A DNA stretch of 64,000 nt from Eledone cirrhosa (lineage: Eukaryota), in assembly GCA_964016885.1 (NCBI GenBank), contig OZ024741.1, positions 57,040,001-57,104,000 of the forward strand. Reading direction: 5' to 3'. Shown one piece after another: positions 44,482 through 56,880 of the stretch; positions within the stretch are counted from its first letter, which is position 1, and each line of letters starts with the position of its first letter. The notes under the pieces were generated by a model that worked only from the letters and a program-made list of their open reading frames with translations, was not told the origin of the DNA and made no database searches. Both the position numbers and the translations under genes were made by a program.

Positions 44482-45032
44482 GAAGTGTAAAGTGCAGTTG
44501 AGTTACATATTTATACGAATAATAATAAAATGGAGAAGAAAAATTATTAGTTTTTACATACATATTTACAGAGGAAAGTTCATGTTTATGTCCGAGACTC
44601 TCTTTCGCTCTGTGCTAGTTGACCAACATAAGTGGTTGGATTAAGAAGCATTTAGAAAATTTGAAATCTAAAATGTTTATGCCTTCACGCAGATATCCGT
44701 ATTAGTCGATCACTATATATAATAACTGAGAAAATCAGGTAAAGTATCCGTAGAGAGGGAAAAGGTGGGCCAAACATTTTATAGATGCTATTGCAGGAAT
44801 CAACTTCTTACGTCCACTTTTTTCCGATTTTTGCAACTATTATTTACGGTGGTCAATCATTATTATGGTCATTTAGGTTGGGGCGCACACATTTTAAATT
44901 TCATATACATATATATCTACCAACTCATAATATTATAATATTATAAAATTAAATCAAAAATGTTTTAACACCTCAAGTGAAGTCATTCTTTTCCTTTTTT
45001 TCAAATATATAAATTTAAATTTCATATATATA

Positions 45033-45129
<97 letters not shown>

Positions 45130-45460
45130 ACTTTGATAGGTTTCGGCCAGTTTTGGCCGAGGCCATGTCTAAAACTTAATAGCACCACCTGCTGGCGAAG
45201 TCTTTCAAATCAGGATTTGTTCACCATGGCCCACTCAAGTAAAGAGCTATTGTTTACGGACATATCCAGGTGTAGGAGGTTTATCCGGGATTTCTCGAAG
45301 GAATTTGTTCAAAGACTTCTTGAACTTTATGGGGTCTGTTTCTGTTTTGATATATATATATATATAGTAATAATAATAAATGTGAAGACTAAAATCCAAA
45401 GAGGGCTCGATAAGGATAAATATATATCAAATATATAAGAACCCTAGCGCAAATATTTAT

Positions 45461-48400
45461 TAAAATAACAGATTATTTAAGCAAAGAATCGCTGCTTTCA
45501 CCCATAACGGGATTTTCTGAAACTAAATAAAATCAATCTGTGAACGCAGAAGTAAATATTTCGAAAAACGTTGCAACCGAAGGAAAACAGGAAGACGATA
45601 TTTTGGTTCGTGAAGACGTTCCCTGGCAATGAATGGAAAAAAGCGAAGATAATACGTCGTTATGTGGAACGTTGAGAACAATTACACGCAAAGACAAAAC
45701 CACATTTATGGTATAAATGGAGTCGTAGACTAATATTCTATTTAGGAAACCGAATGATTCTCGGCTTCAGAGTTAAGAATAATGTAAAAAAAATTAGTAG
45801 AACGAAAATGACAGACGTTATTAAAATCATAGAAGTAATAATAATTAAATATATACATACACGCATCTATATACGTACAACACGTGCATACGCGAAAACA
45901 CCCGCCATGCATGCTTATACATGCACGTACACATAAACACGCGCACACATACATAAACCCGCGCGACACATGTACCCGCACACATACGAACGCATACACC
46001 AAATACACATAAAAATATGTGTGTGTGTATACATATAATTATATAAACGTATATAAATATACACACATATAAACGTATATAACGCACGCACGCGCATACC
46101 TACAGGTAAATACACATATGTTCACCAAATGTACGTCAACCAAAACACAATGTACACATATACACACCTTACATACGTGCAAACACGCATACACACAAAC
46201 ACAAAATACACATATACACATATACCAGTATATATAATATATATAATATATACACCTATAACAAATACAAACAAATATACGTACGAGAACGTATACATAC
46301 CTTCACAAAACATACGGGTAAAGTAACTTACCTATACAAATAAGTAATGGTATAAACATAAAATATACTTAGCTACCACATCAAGACGTAAATTATCCGC
46401 GTATTGTTCGTACTATCCGTTAGGGTATAATGTGGGGCTGTAATACAGGAAAGTTTTGTGCAATTTGTGTTTACAAGCCGAAATTGCCTCAGATATTTTG
46501 TTTAAGATGTGGTTATTGGCGTAAGTATTTCCAGGGCTTCAGCGGCACAAAGATCGCATGGTCTTTTATTTCTGTTATACGATGGTCTTATTTCCATTAT
46601 ACGATCTAGCTTTAGCTAGGATCTCCCAGTGTAACCTATATTGGGTGTTGTTGTCTTATAGACTCCAGATATAAGCTGAAAGTGATGACATATTCCTTCT
46701 TAAAGGGTTAAGAAAAGAATGGGTGTGCATGTAAAGACGCTGCTTGAATCTATTGGTGGTTAACCCTATGTAGGCCCTACTAGACCTGGGTGTGTCAACG
46801 TTACATTTGTAGACAATGTTACTGGAGAGGCATTTTCCGGAGAGAGGGCAGTCAACCCGATTCCTACAATTACAGTTAGTACTAGCTACAAGGTTGCACC
46901 TGTTCCTACGTCTAGGTAATTTAGCTAAATTTGAAGCAGTGATGTTATGTGCAAAGCTAGGAGTCGTAGAGTAAGATGTTTTAATGGTATTTCTATTAAA
47001 AATGTTATTATATTTATATGTTGAGGGGAAATGCTTCTTAATAAGGGAGAGAAAGATATTAGCTAATGGTGTGGCCACCTCCCTATTATATGGTGGGTTA
47101 TACCATATAATGCATCGGGATCTAGTTTTCCTTGGTTTATGCTCATACTTAGTATATGCTACCTTATCGACAAATCCACTCTGAGCAAGAGCTTCATTAT
47201 AATATGTGAAATGGTCGGTGAAAATATGCTCATTTGTAGATAGACGGGAAAGCCTCAAAGAAAAGTTTCTTACCAGATTCTTGGTTATGCTGGCAGGATG
47301 GTTTAAATGCTTACTTGTGTAATTAAGCATATCATTCGGCTTTCTATACGGGTAGTGCAAGCCATTCGACAAATTGAGGGTAACGTCGAGGTAATTAACA
47401 ACCGAGAGGTTGGCCTCAACCTGTATGGAGAGGTTGAAGCCTTTAAAGAAGGTTGTGAATTCTTTTCTAAACCTGTCGCAAGCGCGTGGACCGCACTTTG
47501 TCATGGTCAAAAGACCGCCACCGCCCACATTGGGGAATTCTTCCTTGATAGAGAAAAGAAGGAAAAGGCCGATAAGATCTGCAACCTCCGCCGAATCGCT
47601 GGCGCCCATACTGACGTCGAATGGGGTACTATTAGATTTTTTATCCAAATAGAGTCGTCGAAATTAATCACCGACTTACGAGCATTGAGGATGACATCAA
47701 CTTCGAAATCCTTAACCACCGTGAGCGTTTTAGCGAAATTGATAGCTCTAAGAAGAAGTGGTAAAGTGATGGAGGAGTAGTAGTTATTGATGTCGAATTG
47801 GATAAAACGGCAATGTTCCTTGTTGCATATGCCATTGAAGCAATCAATCACCGCGAAAGAATTATTCCACAATGCAAGAGGGGCCAAGCTTCTAATTTCA
47901 GGTATAATTCTATCTAAAATCCTTTTACTATGTCTACCTAAATCAGACTTCGTAGGGTTAATTAGCCGAATAGAGGGGCTGTTGGTGAAATTGGATTTGT
48001 GATCCTTCAGGGTAAATTGGGGAGAAATAGGGTCCAGAGGTTCAATCCGGTCCTGGATGTTGAGTTCAGAAGTGATTTTAAACCCAGCATCGTTTATGTC
48101 ATTAATGACACTCCGATTGGTTTTCCCGTATTCCTTAGTTACAGCATTATGTAGAAGATAATTTACGTCTTGGTGTGGTAGCTACGTATATTTTATGTTT
48201 ATACCATTACTTATTTGTATAGGTAAGTATACCTTATCCGTATGTTTTATGAAGGTACGTATACGTTCTCGTACGTATATATGTTTGTATTTATTATAGG
48301 TGTATATATTATATTATATATACTGGTATATCTGTATATGGTTATGGGTATATGTGTATTTTGTGTTTGTGTGTGCATGCGTGTATGCTTGTTTGCACGT

Positions 48401-49119
48401 ATGTAAGGTGTGTATATGTGTACATTGTGTTTTGGTTGACATACGTTTGGTGAAGATATGTGTATTTACCTGTAGGTATGTGTGTGCGTACGTTATATAA
48501 GTATTTATGTGTGTATATTTATATACATTTAAATAGTTATATGTATACACACACACACACATATATATTTTTGATGTGTATTTGGTGTATAGGTTCGTAT
48601 GTGTGTGGGTTTATGTATGTCGCGCGGGTTTATGTATGTATGCGCGTGTTTATGTGTACGCGCATGTATATGCATGCATGGCGGGTGTTTTCGCGTATGC
48701 ACGTGTTGTACGTATATAGATGCGTGTATGTATATATTTAATTATTATTACTTCTATGATTTTAATAACGTCTGTCATTTTCATTCTACTAATGTATTTA
48801 CATTATTCTTAACTCTGAAGCCGAGAATCATTCGGTTTCCTGAATAGAATATTAGTCTACGACTCCATTTATACCATAAACGTGGTTTTGTCTTTGCGTG
48901 TAATTGTTCTCATTGTACCAGATAACGACGTATTATCTTCACTTTTTTCCGTTCATTGCCAGGAAACATCTTCAGGAATCAAAGTATCATCTTCCTGTTT
49001 TCCTTCGGTTGCAACGTTTTCCGAAATATTTACTTATTGATTGATTTTTTTTAGTTTCAGAAGATCCCGTTACGGGTGAATGCAGCGATTCTTTGCTTAA
49101 ACTTTAATCTGTTATTTTA

Positions 49120-49120
<1 letters not shown>
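45461..49120 (-). mobile_element. Decayed, 5'-truncated Naiad-like PLE with ~940-bp inverted pLTRs (45461-46397 and 48157-49120)
   Basis: Minus-strand frameshifted peptides FIQFDINNYYSSI, FDVSMGASDSAEV, YLDVTL, YRKPN, WYNPP, CNCRNRVDCPLSGKC, YIGLT, homologous to the 56824 ORF; the flanks are mutual reverse complements. Confidence 0.88.
46430..48156 (-). pseudogene. Frameshifted PLE RT/GIY-YIG ORF
   Basis: ORF pieces 47507-47887 and 46656-47648; YRDD motif missing (GGGGLLTM); stop after IWSL. Confidence 0.85.
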
Positions 49121-49175
<55 letters not shown>

Positions 49176-49259
49176 CACCACTGTATTCTAATTAACACAC
49201 ATACACGCATATATATATATATATATATATATACATACATACATACATACATACATACA

Positions 49260-49394
<135 letters not shown>

Positions 49395-50021
49395 TAGAAA
49401 GTGAGGGTTTTTTTACAAAATGAAAAATAACCGAGGTGTCCTACACGAGTGAAAGTATAAAGAAAAAAAGATGAAATCGAAAATGCAACTGGAGTCTTAT
49501 TTTTAAAAAAATATATATATTTATTTGGTTCCTTTACCGGTTTCGCAGTTCTTCTGCTTTTCAAAAGTAGAGTTGAGATGGAGGGTCTGTGGTTCTTCTC
49601 ACATCTGGTTGGTCTCTGAATGTTACTTGTTTTATATGGAAAAAGTCGCTCGAAATGCCAGGTTTTTCGAGAAGTAATTTGATTGGTTGGTCAATAATTA
49701 TAATAAATTTCGCGCCAGTTCTCGTTACAAAGTTCTTCAAACAAGGGGGGGGTTGTCACAGGTTGTTTTTTTCATATATGAGTGTTTGAATTTCTTTTTA
49801 CTTAAAAAAGAGAAGGGGCTCACGAAAGCTTTTTTTTAATAAACGTAATTTGATTGGTTATAAATGAAATTATGGCTGTCACGTGAACAAGTTTTCATTA
49901 AATTTTCGCGCCCTTATTCTGTAGCCTTTTCAGAGAATTTTATGACATGCAAAAGATAATGGTCAAGAGAAATGGGATGGGAGAATTGTTCTGGTTCAGT
50001 GAATATGGTTAGTTCGCTGGG
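49395..50021 (-). repeat. Probable inverted pLTR at the 5' truncation of the 50022 PLE
   Basis: Abuts (TA)n and the ORF, and carries a minus-strand HHR. Confidence 0.5.
49532..49567 (-). ncRNA. Minimal hammerhead ribozyme, U3-A8 variant
   Basis: Minus strand: CTT-TTGAAAA-GCAG aagaa CTGC-GAAA-CCGG-TA-AAG; palindromic CCGG in place of stem III. Confidence 0.6.
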
Positions 50022-51950
50022 GTGTCAGAATGGGAGATTATCCATGAACTAAAAAACAATACGGACATTATAATTAAGGAAGCGGACAAGGGAACTACTG
50101 TTGTCATTATGGAGGCTGAAAAATATAAAAATTCTATGTTCTCTCTCTTACAAAATACTAATTACTATGAAAGAGTAAAAAACTACCAGCAATCAAAAAC
50201 AATGACCAGATTAAACACACTGATTTATCGATACCAGGAAGACCTAACTAAAAAGGAAAACGATTATTTAACACATTTTGAATACAAAACCAGCAACCTT
50301 TACGGACTTCCGAAGATCCACAAGTGTAAAATAATTAATGATGCCTGTAAACAATCCACCTCAGCCTGCGTGAACACACAATACCCCACAGACCTTAAAT
50401 TAAGATCAATTGTAGCGGGCCCACAATGTGAAACACACAGACTGAGCAACTTTATAGACATACTACTAAAACCAATTCTCAAACACATATCAAGCCTTGT
50501 AAGAGACGATCTGGACCTTTTAAACCACCTCCCCAAACATGTCAACAACGACACTATTATTGTGTTTTTTTATGTAGTGAATTTCTACACAACAATCCCA
50601 CACAAATACGGACTAGAAGCAATAGGATTCTGGCTAGAGAAATATCCCAATGAGATACCTGACAGAATAGAAAAAAGCTTCATCACCGAGGGATTAAAAT
50701 TCATCTTACAGAACAACTGTTTTGATTTCGATGGCAATACTTACAAGCAAATATCGGGGACTGCGATGGGTACAAAAGCCGCTCCAACTTATGCCAACTT
50801 AGTCATGGCATACTTAGAAGTCCAGATATATGAACAGTTCAAATCAAAATACGGATTGAACTTCCACAAATATTTATCAGAGAATTGGAAACGCTACTTG
50901 GATGATTGTCTCATTCTTTGGTCCCACACACTCGACCAACTGAAGGATTTCAAAAACTTAATAAACGGCATCAATAACCACATCCAATTCACAATGGAAT
51001 ACAGCCAAGATCAACTCCCATTTCTGGACATCTTAATCTTAAAAAAAGACACAAATATTGAAACTGACATACACTACAAACCAACAGATTCCAAACAATA
51101 CCTGCTATTCACCTCCAACCATCCAAAACACACGAAGACGAACATTCCTTTTAACCTAGCAAGAAGAATTTGCACAATTGTCTCCAATTATGAAACGCGA
51201 AATAAAAGACTTCAAGAATTAAAGGAAATTCTACTCGAAAGAGAGTACCCACTATTACTAATAAATAATGGAATAGAAAAGGCTAAAGCAATAGGCATTG
51301 ATGAATTACGAAAACAGAAACAAATTCAAGGTACGTTCAATATTCTATCATATATCTCAACACACAACCCAAGAAATGCGGAAGCTTACAACACTATTCA
51401 CAAGAACATCCCACTACTAAAACAAAACCCAAGAATGAAAAAAGCCCTTGAAACACACAAAATAATCAAAAGCAAAAGACAACCGAAATCACTGAAAACA
51501 TTACTCACCAATGCCAATTTACCTACCACAAACCCACAACCAAGTGTCAAAAAATGTGGTCGCTCTAATTGTGGAACCTGCACTCACCTCATTGAAGGCA
51601 ACACGTATACATTTAAATCAGGACAAAATTTTACTGTAAAAAATCACTTCACTTGCTCATCAAAAAATCTAATTTATGCCATTAAATGTAAAGGATGCAA
51701 TGAAGATTATATAGGACAAACTAAACTCACACTCAGAAACAGAATGACAGTTCATCGCTAACAATTACGAGATCCAACCACGAGACAGATACCACTAAGC
51801 GCACATCTAGACATATGCGCAAGTAATAAGACACCCAAATTCCAAGTCTTCCCATTTTACCTTTGCGCTAACAATACAACAGAACAAATACGAATAAATA
51901 AGGAAAATATGTTTATTCAAAAATATAGACCAGCATTAAATATGGTTTAA
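50022..51950 (+). pseudogene. PLE (Neptune-like) RT + GIY-YIG ORF, 5'-truncated, premature TAA at 51759
   Basis: ADKG, LYGLPKIHK, GTAMGTKAAPTYANL, WKRYLDDC, FLDI, YKPT, CGRSNCGTC, LIYAIKCKGC...YIGQT. The frame continues after the stop (QLRDPT...KENMFIQKYRPALNMV*). The RT motif-A Asp appears mutated (FFYVVNFYTTIPH). Confidence 0.9.
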
Positions 51951-52145
51951 TATACATTATGTCAACACCATAACATGCTAACCATCCAAACTGACACATA
52001 CACACACACATAACACCTACTTTAGAAAATGAAAACCCGAACTAAATAAACCTTAACATACGTATGCACTGACAATACAACAGAACAAATACGAATAAGG
52101 AAAATATGTTCATTAAAAAATATTCCTACTAAAGGAATCATTTTC

Positions 52146-52232
<87 letters not shown>

Positions 52233-52794
52233 TCTTCATCTTAACATGCTAACCATACTCCCACACACATAACACCCATACACACACATAACAACCCCCA
52301 CACCCACATACACAACTCCCCTCCCCCATTTCTACTAATAGAATCACTTTCCTACACACATATATACACACACACAAAATATATATTCTCTCCATCTTAA
52401 TATACTCCCACACACACACACACATAACACCCATATACACACACACACAACTCCCTCCCCCATTTCTACTAATAGAATGATCTTCCAATACACACACACA
52501 CACACACACACACAAGCACACAAATAAACATACATATCTTTACTTTCTTTTTTCCCACTCACCCACAATTACGGAAATAAATGACAAAACTAAATACATG
52601 ACGCTTTACCCCTCTAATACAATTAGGATACCTCTCTCTACTCCCCTTAAAATTCGATAAATCTACATACATGCTGCAACTTTCTCTTATATACGCTTAA
52701 ACCCACTCCTTACAAACTTCCTTTAGGAACTCGGAAGAAAGAAGGGAGAAAGAAATGAAGGATGAGAGAGAGAACGTTTGTTTTTGAGTATGGA

Positions 52795-53275
52795 ACGGTC
52801 AAACATTGCCGGCCGCATTCCACGCCATACTGCCCTCAACGAGGTCATTAAGCATGGCTTGGACGCTGCAGGCTTCCCTTCCCAGCTCGAGCCGGTGGGG
52901 CTGGATCGAGGGGACGGCAAAAGGCCAGATGGCATGACTATCTTCCCGTTCCGCGGTGGCAAACCCCTCGTCTGGGATGCCACTTGCACTGACACTTTCT
53001 GCAGCTGCAACCTGGTGCAGTCTGCGACTGACCCAGGTTCTACTGCACGTCGGGCTGAGGGGGCCAAACTCCTCAAATACCGGGCGCTCTCCGATAGCTT
53101 TGTGGTCGTTCCACTGGCAGTGGAAACTTCTGGTGTCCTCGGCCCCAGGGCTACCTCCTTACTCACCACCATAGGCGCTGAGCTGGCTAGCCGCAGGTGT
53201 GAGCCCCGCGAGTTGGAGTGGATTTTCCAGCGCGTCTCCCTTGCCATCCTCCGGGGGAAACGCCTTCTCCATTCT
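52795..53275 (+). mobile_element. CRE-clade non-LTR 3' fragment (restriction-like endonuclease domain)
   Basis: RHTALN, LEPVGL.RGDGKRPDGMT..P...GKPLVWDATC.DT, K..KY, PLAVETSG..G, QRVSLAILRG. Confidence 0.85.
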
Positions 53276-53419
53276 GTCCGCCAGGGCTGTGGGTGGGCCC
53301 CATCGCGTACCAATACATTAGTTGAATACCAACGTAGTTTTGTCTTTGCGTGTAATTGTTTTTGGCGTTATATCTATGTATCTATCTAAAAAGAAAGACT
53401 AAGGGAGAGAGAGAGAGAT

Positions 53420-53583
53420 CGCTTTTTCGCCTAGGGGGTTAAAAATTTGAAATCTTTGCTCAAAACACTCAGAGGACCATAAGTATTACATGTGTAAAGT
53501 TTGAAAACAATCGGTCGGGTGGTTCTCGAGTTTTAGGGAGTCAGACAGACAGACAGACATTCTCTGTTTTAAATATATAGATT
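53420..53583 (-). mobile_element. Helitron-like 5' fragment
   Basis: Reverse-complement similarity to 23436-23570. Confidence 0.55.
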
Positions 53584-53597
53584 AGTATATATATATG

Positions 53598-53686
<89 letters not shown>

Positions 53687-53770
53687 TAATATATAAATAT
53701 ATATAAATGAAGTATTTCCGTCGGAAAGGTACAGGAAAAAAGAGTGCTCTATGTAGGCTACAGAGCTTAT

Positions 53771-54022
53771 TAGTTATGTAATAAACAACATAAGATAATT
53801 ATTTCATTTACCAGTGGTTTCTTGAAGGCAGATGTTATGTCTGTCTTCAGTCGTCAGAATGAAAAATAACATGGTGTTTTTATTAAATATGGATTAAATC
53901 CATATTTAATAAAAACACTATGTTAATTATTCATTCTGACGACTGAAGACAGACATAACATCTGCCTTCAAGAAACCACTGGTAAATGAAATAATTATCT
54001 TATGTTGTTTATTACATAACTA
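53771..54022. repeat. Fold-back of an HHR-containing unit (centre ~53896)
   Basis: TAGTTATGTAATAAAC...GTTTATTACATAACTA; near-perfect arms of ~125 bp. Confidence 0.9.
53930..53990 (+). ncRNA. Type I hammerhead ribozyme (mirror copy 53803-53863 minus), GUA cleavage after 53984
   Basis: TTCATT-CTGACGA-CTGAAGACAGA cataaca TCTGCCTTCAA-GAAA-CCA c TGG-TA-AATGAA. Confidence 0.72.
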
Positions 54023-54153
54023 TATATATATATATATGTTTCTTCCTTACGTAACCGTAGGGACACGGGTATACAATACCTAACTCCTATTAACCTAAGT
54101 ATATATATATATATATGACACGGGTATACAATACCTAACTCCTATTAACCTAA

Positions 54154-54211
<58 letters not shown>

Positions 54212-54610
54212 TTAGGTTAATAGGAGTTAGGTATTGTATACCCGTGTCCTTACGGTTACGTAAGGAAGAAACATTGTAAGCCAATAAAAAAATTGTTGAT
54301 GTTGTAGACGCTCTTCTGTTCTTTATCATATATATATATATGTGTGTGAATGAAGTAATTCCATCGGAAAAGTCCAGGAAAAAAGAGTGCTCTATGTAGG
54401 CAGCTCCAACCGGGATTGATCAATGCATATTCTATATTACATATACGATTGGCACTTTCCAGCCCGATTAGTTGAGCACTCTACAGTTTTCAGGAATTTA
54501 ACCAACATACACCATGGACCTTTATGATTTGGATTATTCTATCAAAAATATACCCACTCATTTTTGTTTTTGTTTTTATAATCCAAATTCAATAAACAAA
54601 CCATGATTTT

Positions 54611-54668
54611 TTCATTCTGAGGATTGAAAGCAAAACCTTTTGCTTTTAAGAAACCACTGGTAAATGGA
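54611..54668 (+). ncRNA. Type I hammerhead ribozyme, relative of 53930 with a different stem II
   Basis: TTCATT-CTGAGGA-TTGAAAGCAAAA cc TTTTGCTTTTAA-GAAA-CCA c TGG-TA-AATGGA. Confidence 0.72.
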
Positions 54669-54701
54669 ATAATTGCCTTATGTTGTTTATTACCTAATAA
54701 T

Positions 54702-54729
<28 letters not shown>

Positions 54730-54732
<3 letters not shown>

Positions 54733-55448
54733 GGAACCAGTAAGACCCCGACAGCTGAGCTCAAGCCGTTTCGACGGCTAATTCTGGACTAAATGAGAAT
54801 TTATCCTGGTATTTAAATAGCCGATCTTCTCAAGGGGTAATTCCATATATGGTCAAAGTGATTGTCAAAAATCAGTAGTAATTCTGTGGTTGCAAATTAG
54901 TAGGGGAGATGGTGGCTAAACCTGCCAGTAGGAGAAAGAGGGGAGGGGGTGGAGTAGCCCCAATCAAGCGTTTGTAGTGCCAGCTACAGCTGGGCATGAG
55001 GTCAAAGAAGATACAGGGAAGGGGGAGGGGGAGGAAGTCGGAACGGTAGGTAGAACAATGGAGGGTAGAAATATATAGGAAAGAAAAAATACTGAGAGTG
55101 AAGTAAAGCAAATAGGTGTAAAGAAAAACAAATGAGTGTAAAGAAAAAATTTAAGTTAATTAAATTCTACGACCTAGGTCTCTAGCTATTGTTAGTCTAG
55201 AATAAATAAATAAAGAAAGAAAGAAGTAAAGAAAGAAATAAAGAAATAACGAAATAAGTAAAAGAACTAGGTGGGACGGATAAGGCGAGGACCCTTTTAA
55301 GAGGTATAAGTACGTAAATGATACGGTGACGGGTCAACAAAAGGGGCCAAAATACTAAAGAGACTACCACGAAATAAACAATAAAGGTTTCCATCCCGGG
55401 CACAATTCCAGCAACCACCCAGTGCAGCAAAGTGAACTAATACGAGAT
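54730..55448 (-). repeat. Inverted partial pLTR (5' inversion)
   Basis: Reverse complement of 56083-56800; the ORF track gives matching peptides on opposite strands (55197-55430 minus vs 56101-56334 plus). Confidence 0.92.
54745..54838 (-). ncRNA. Hammerhead ribozyme copy in inverted pLTR
   Basis: Reverse complement of 56692-56785. Confidence 0.72.
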
Positions 55449-56880
55449 GACGGACCAACTCCTAAACAAGAAAGATGAACTGGTTACTGCATGTAAACAT
55501 AGATTGCGTAGGACTTACCTCGCCCTCAAACCCCATAATGACCGGGGGGGGGGGTAGACTAGGGCTATAACACCCCACTTGCCGATTTTGCAATGGGTAA
55601 CCCCTGCTTGCCAAGGGAGACGTAAGATCTTCTTTGTATTCTTTTATCGCTTCCTTTATTTCCTTCCTTCCCCCCTCTCTCTTTAGTCCTTCCACCCCAG
55701 CCCTTCTCCTTTGTCGGCGTCTTTTCTCGCCCACCCGAGGCTGCCCTTTGGCCCCTTGTAGCCTTAGTACCCCCACCCCCTCCCCTAGTCTAGGATAGAT
55801 TTGGTGGACTCCGCCCTTTATAGCAGTTGGTTTAGACCCCGGATATTTGTCCCCTTTTTCCGACCGCTCCCACTATTCTCTGTGCCCTCTATATTTCTTA
55901 GTGGCACTTATGCCTTATTTTCTCGTTTCAGTATTTCTTTCTTCGCTTTTCTTTTGGGCGGGGTGCATTCTGAATTTATTCTTCCGTATTCTACCTTTAC
56001 TTCGTACGAACTTTCATGTAGCTTGTTTTAGATCCTTTAGAGTTAGCATTAGTATATATTTTTCTCGGGACTCAGAATTATTATCTCGTATTAGTTCACT
56101 TTGCTGCACTGGGTGGTTGCTGGAATTGTGCCCGGGATGGAAACCTTTATTGTTTATTTCGTGGTAGTCTCTTTAGTATTTTGGCCCCTTTTGTTGACCC
56201 GTCACCGTATCATTTACGTACTTATACCTCTTAAAAGGGTCCTCGCCTTATCCGTCCCACCTAGTTCTTTTACTTATTTCGTTATTTCTTTATTTCTTTC
56301 TTTACTTCTTTCTTTCTTTATTTATTTATTCTAGACTAACAATAGCTAGAGACCTAGGTCGTAGAATTTAATTAACTTAAATTTTTTCTTTACACTCATT
56401 TGTTTTTCTTTACACTTATTTGCTTTTCTTCACTCTCAGTATTTTTTCTTTCCTATATATTTCTACCCTCCATTGTTCTACCTACCGTTCCGACTTCCTC
56501 CCCCTCCCCCTTCCCTGTATCTTCTTTGACCTCATGCCCAGCTGTAGCTGGCACTACAAACGCTTGATTGGGGCTACTCCACCCCGCCCCTCTTTCTCCT
56601 ACTGGCAGGTTTAGCCACCATCTCCCCTACTAATTTGCAACCACAGAATTACTACTGATTTTTGACAATCACTTTGACCATATATGGAATTACCCCTTGA
56701 GAAGATCGGCTATTTAAATACCAGGATAAATTCTCATTTAGTCCAGAATTAGCCGTCGAAACGGCTTGAGCTCAGCTGTCGGGGTCTTACTGGTTCCTAT
56801 TACCCACTCTACTACCTCAAGTATTGAGTACTTTGGTGCGTTATGGTCCACCTGGTTCCTTACCACATTTCCTTCGTTAT
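55449..56880 (+). repeat. 5' pseudo-LTR (direct repeat of 59019-60452)
   Basis: Starts GACGGACCAACTCC, ends CCTTCGTTAT; only a few substitutions/indels versus the 3' copy. Confidence 0.93.
56692..56785 (+). ncRNA. Type I hammerhead ribozyme, U3-A8 core variant, predicted cleavage after GUC at 56780
   Basis: ACCCC-TTGAGAA-[GATCGGCTA...TAGCCGTC]-GAAA-[CGGCT tgagctc AGCTG]-TC-GGGGT; stems I, II and III all pair. Confidence 0.75.

Noticed and set aside
51759-51761. Selenocysteine or programmed readthrough in the Neptune-like ORF
   Set aside because: The stop is TAA, probably from CAA, not TGA, and the copy also lacks the motif-A Asp.
55801-56614. Hydrophobic 64-106 aa ORFs repeated in each pLTR
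   Set aside because: Explained by T-rich pLTR composition and recent duplication; mostly non-ATG starts, and one is frameshifted between copies.
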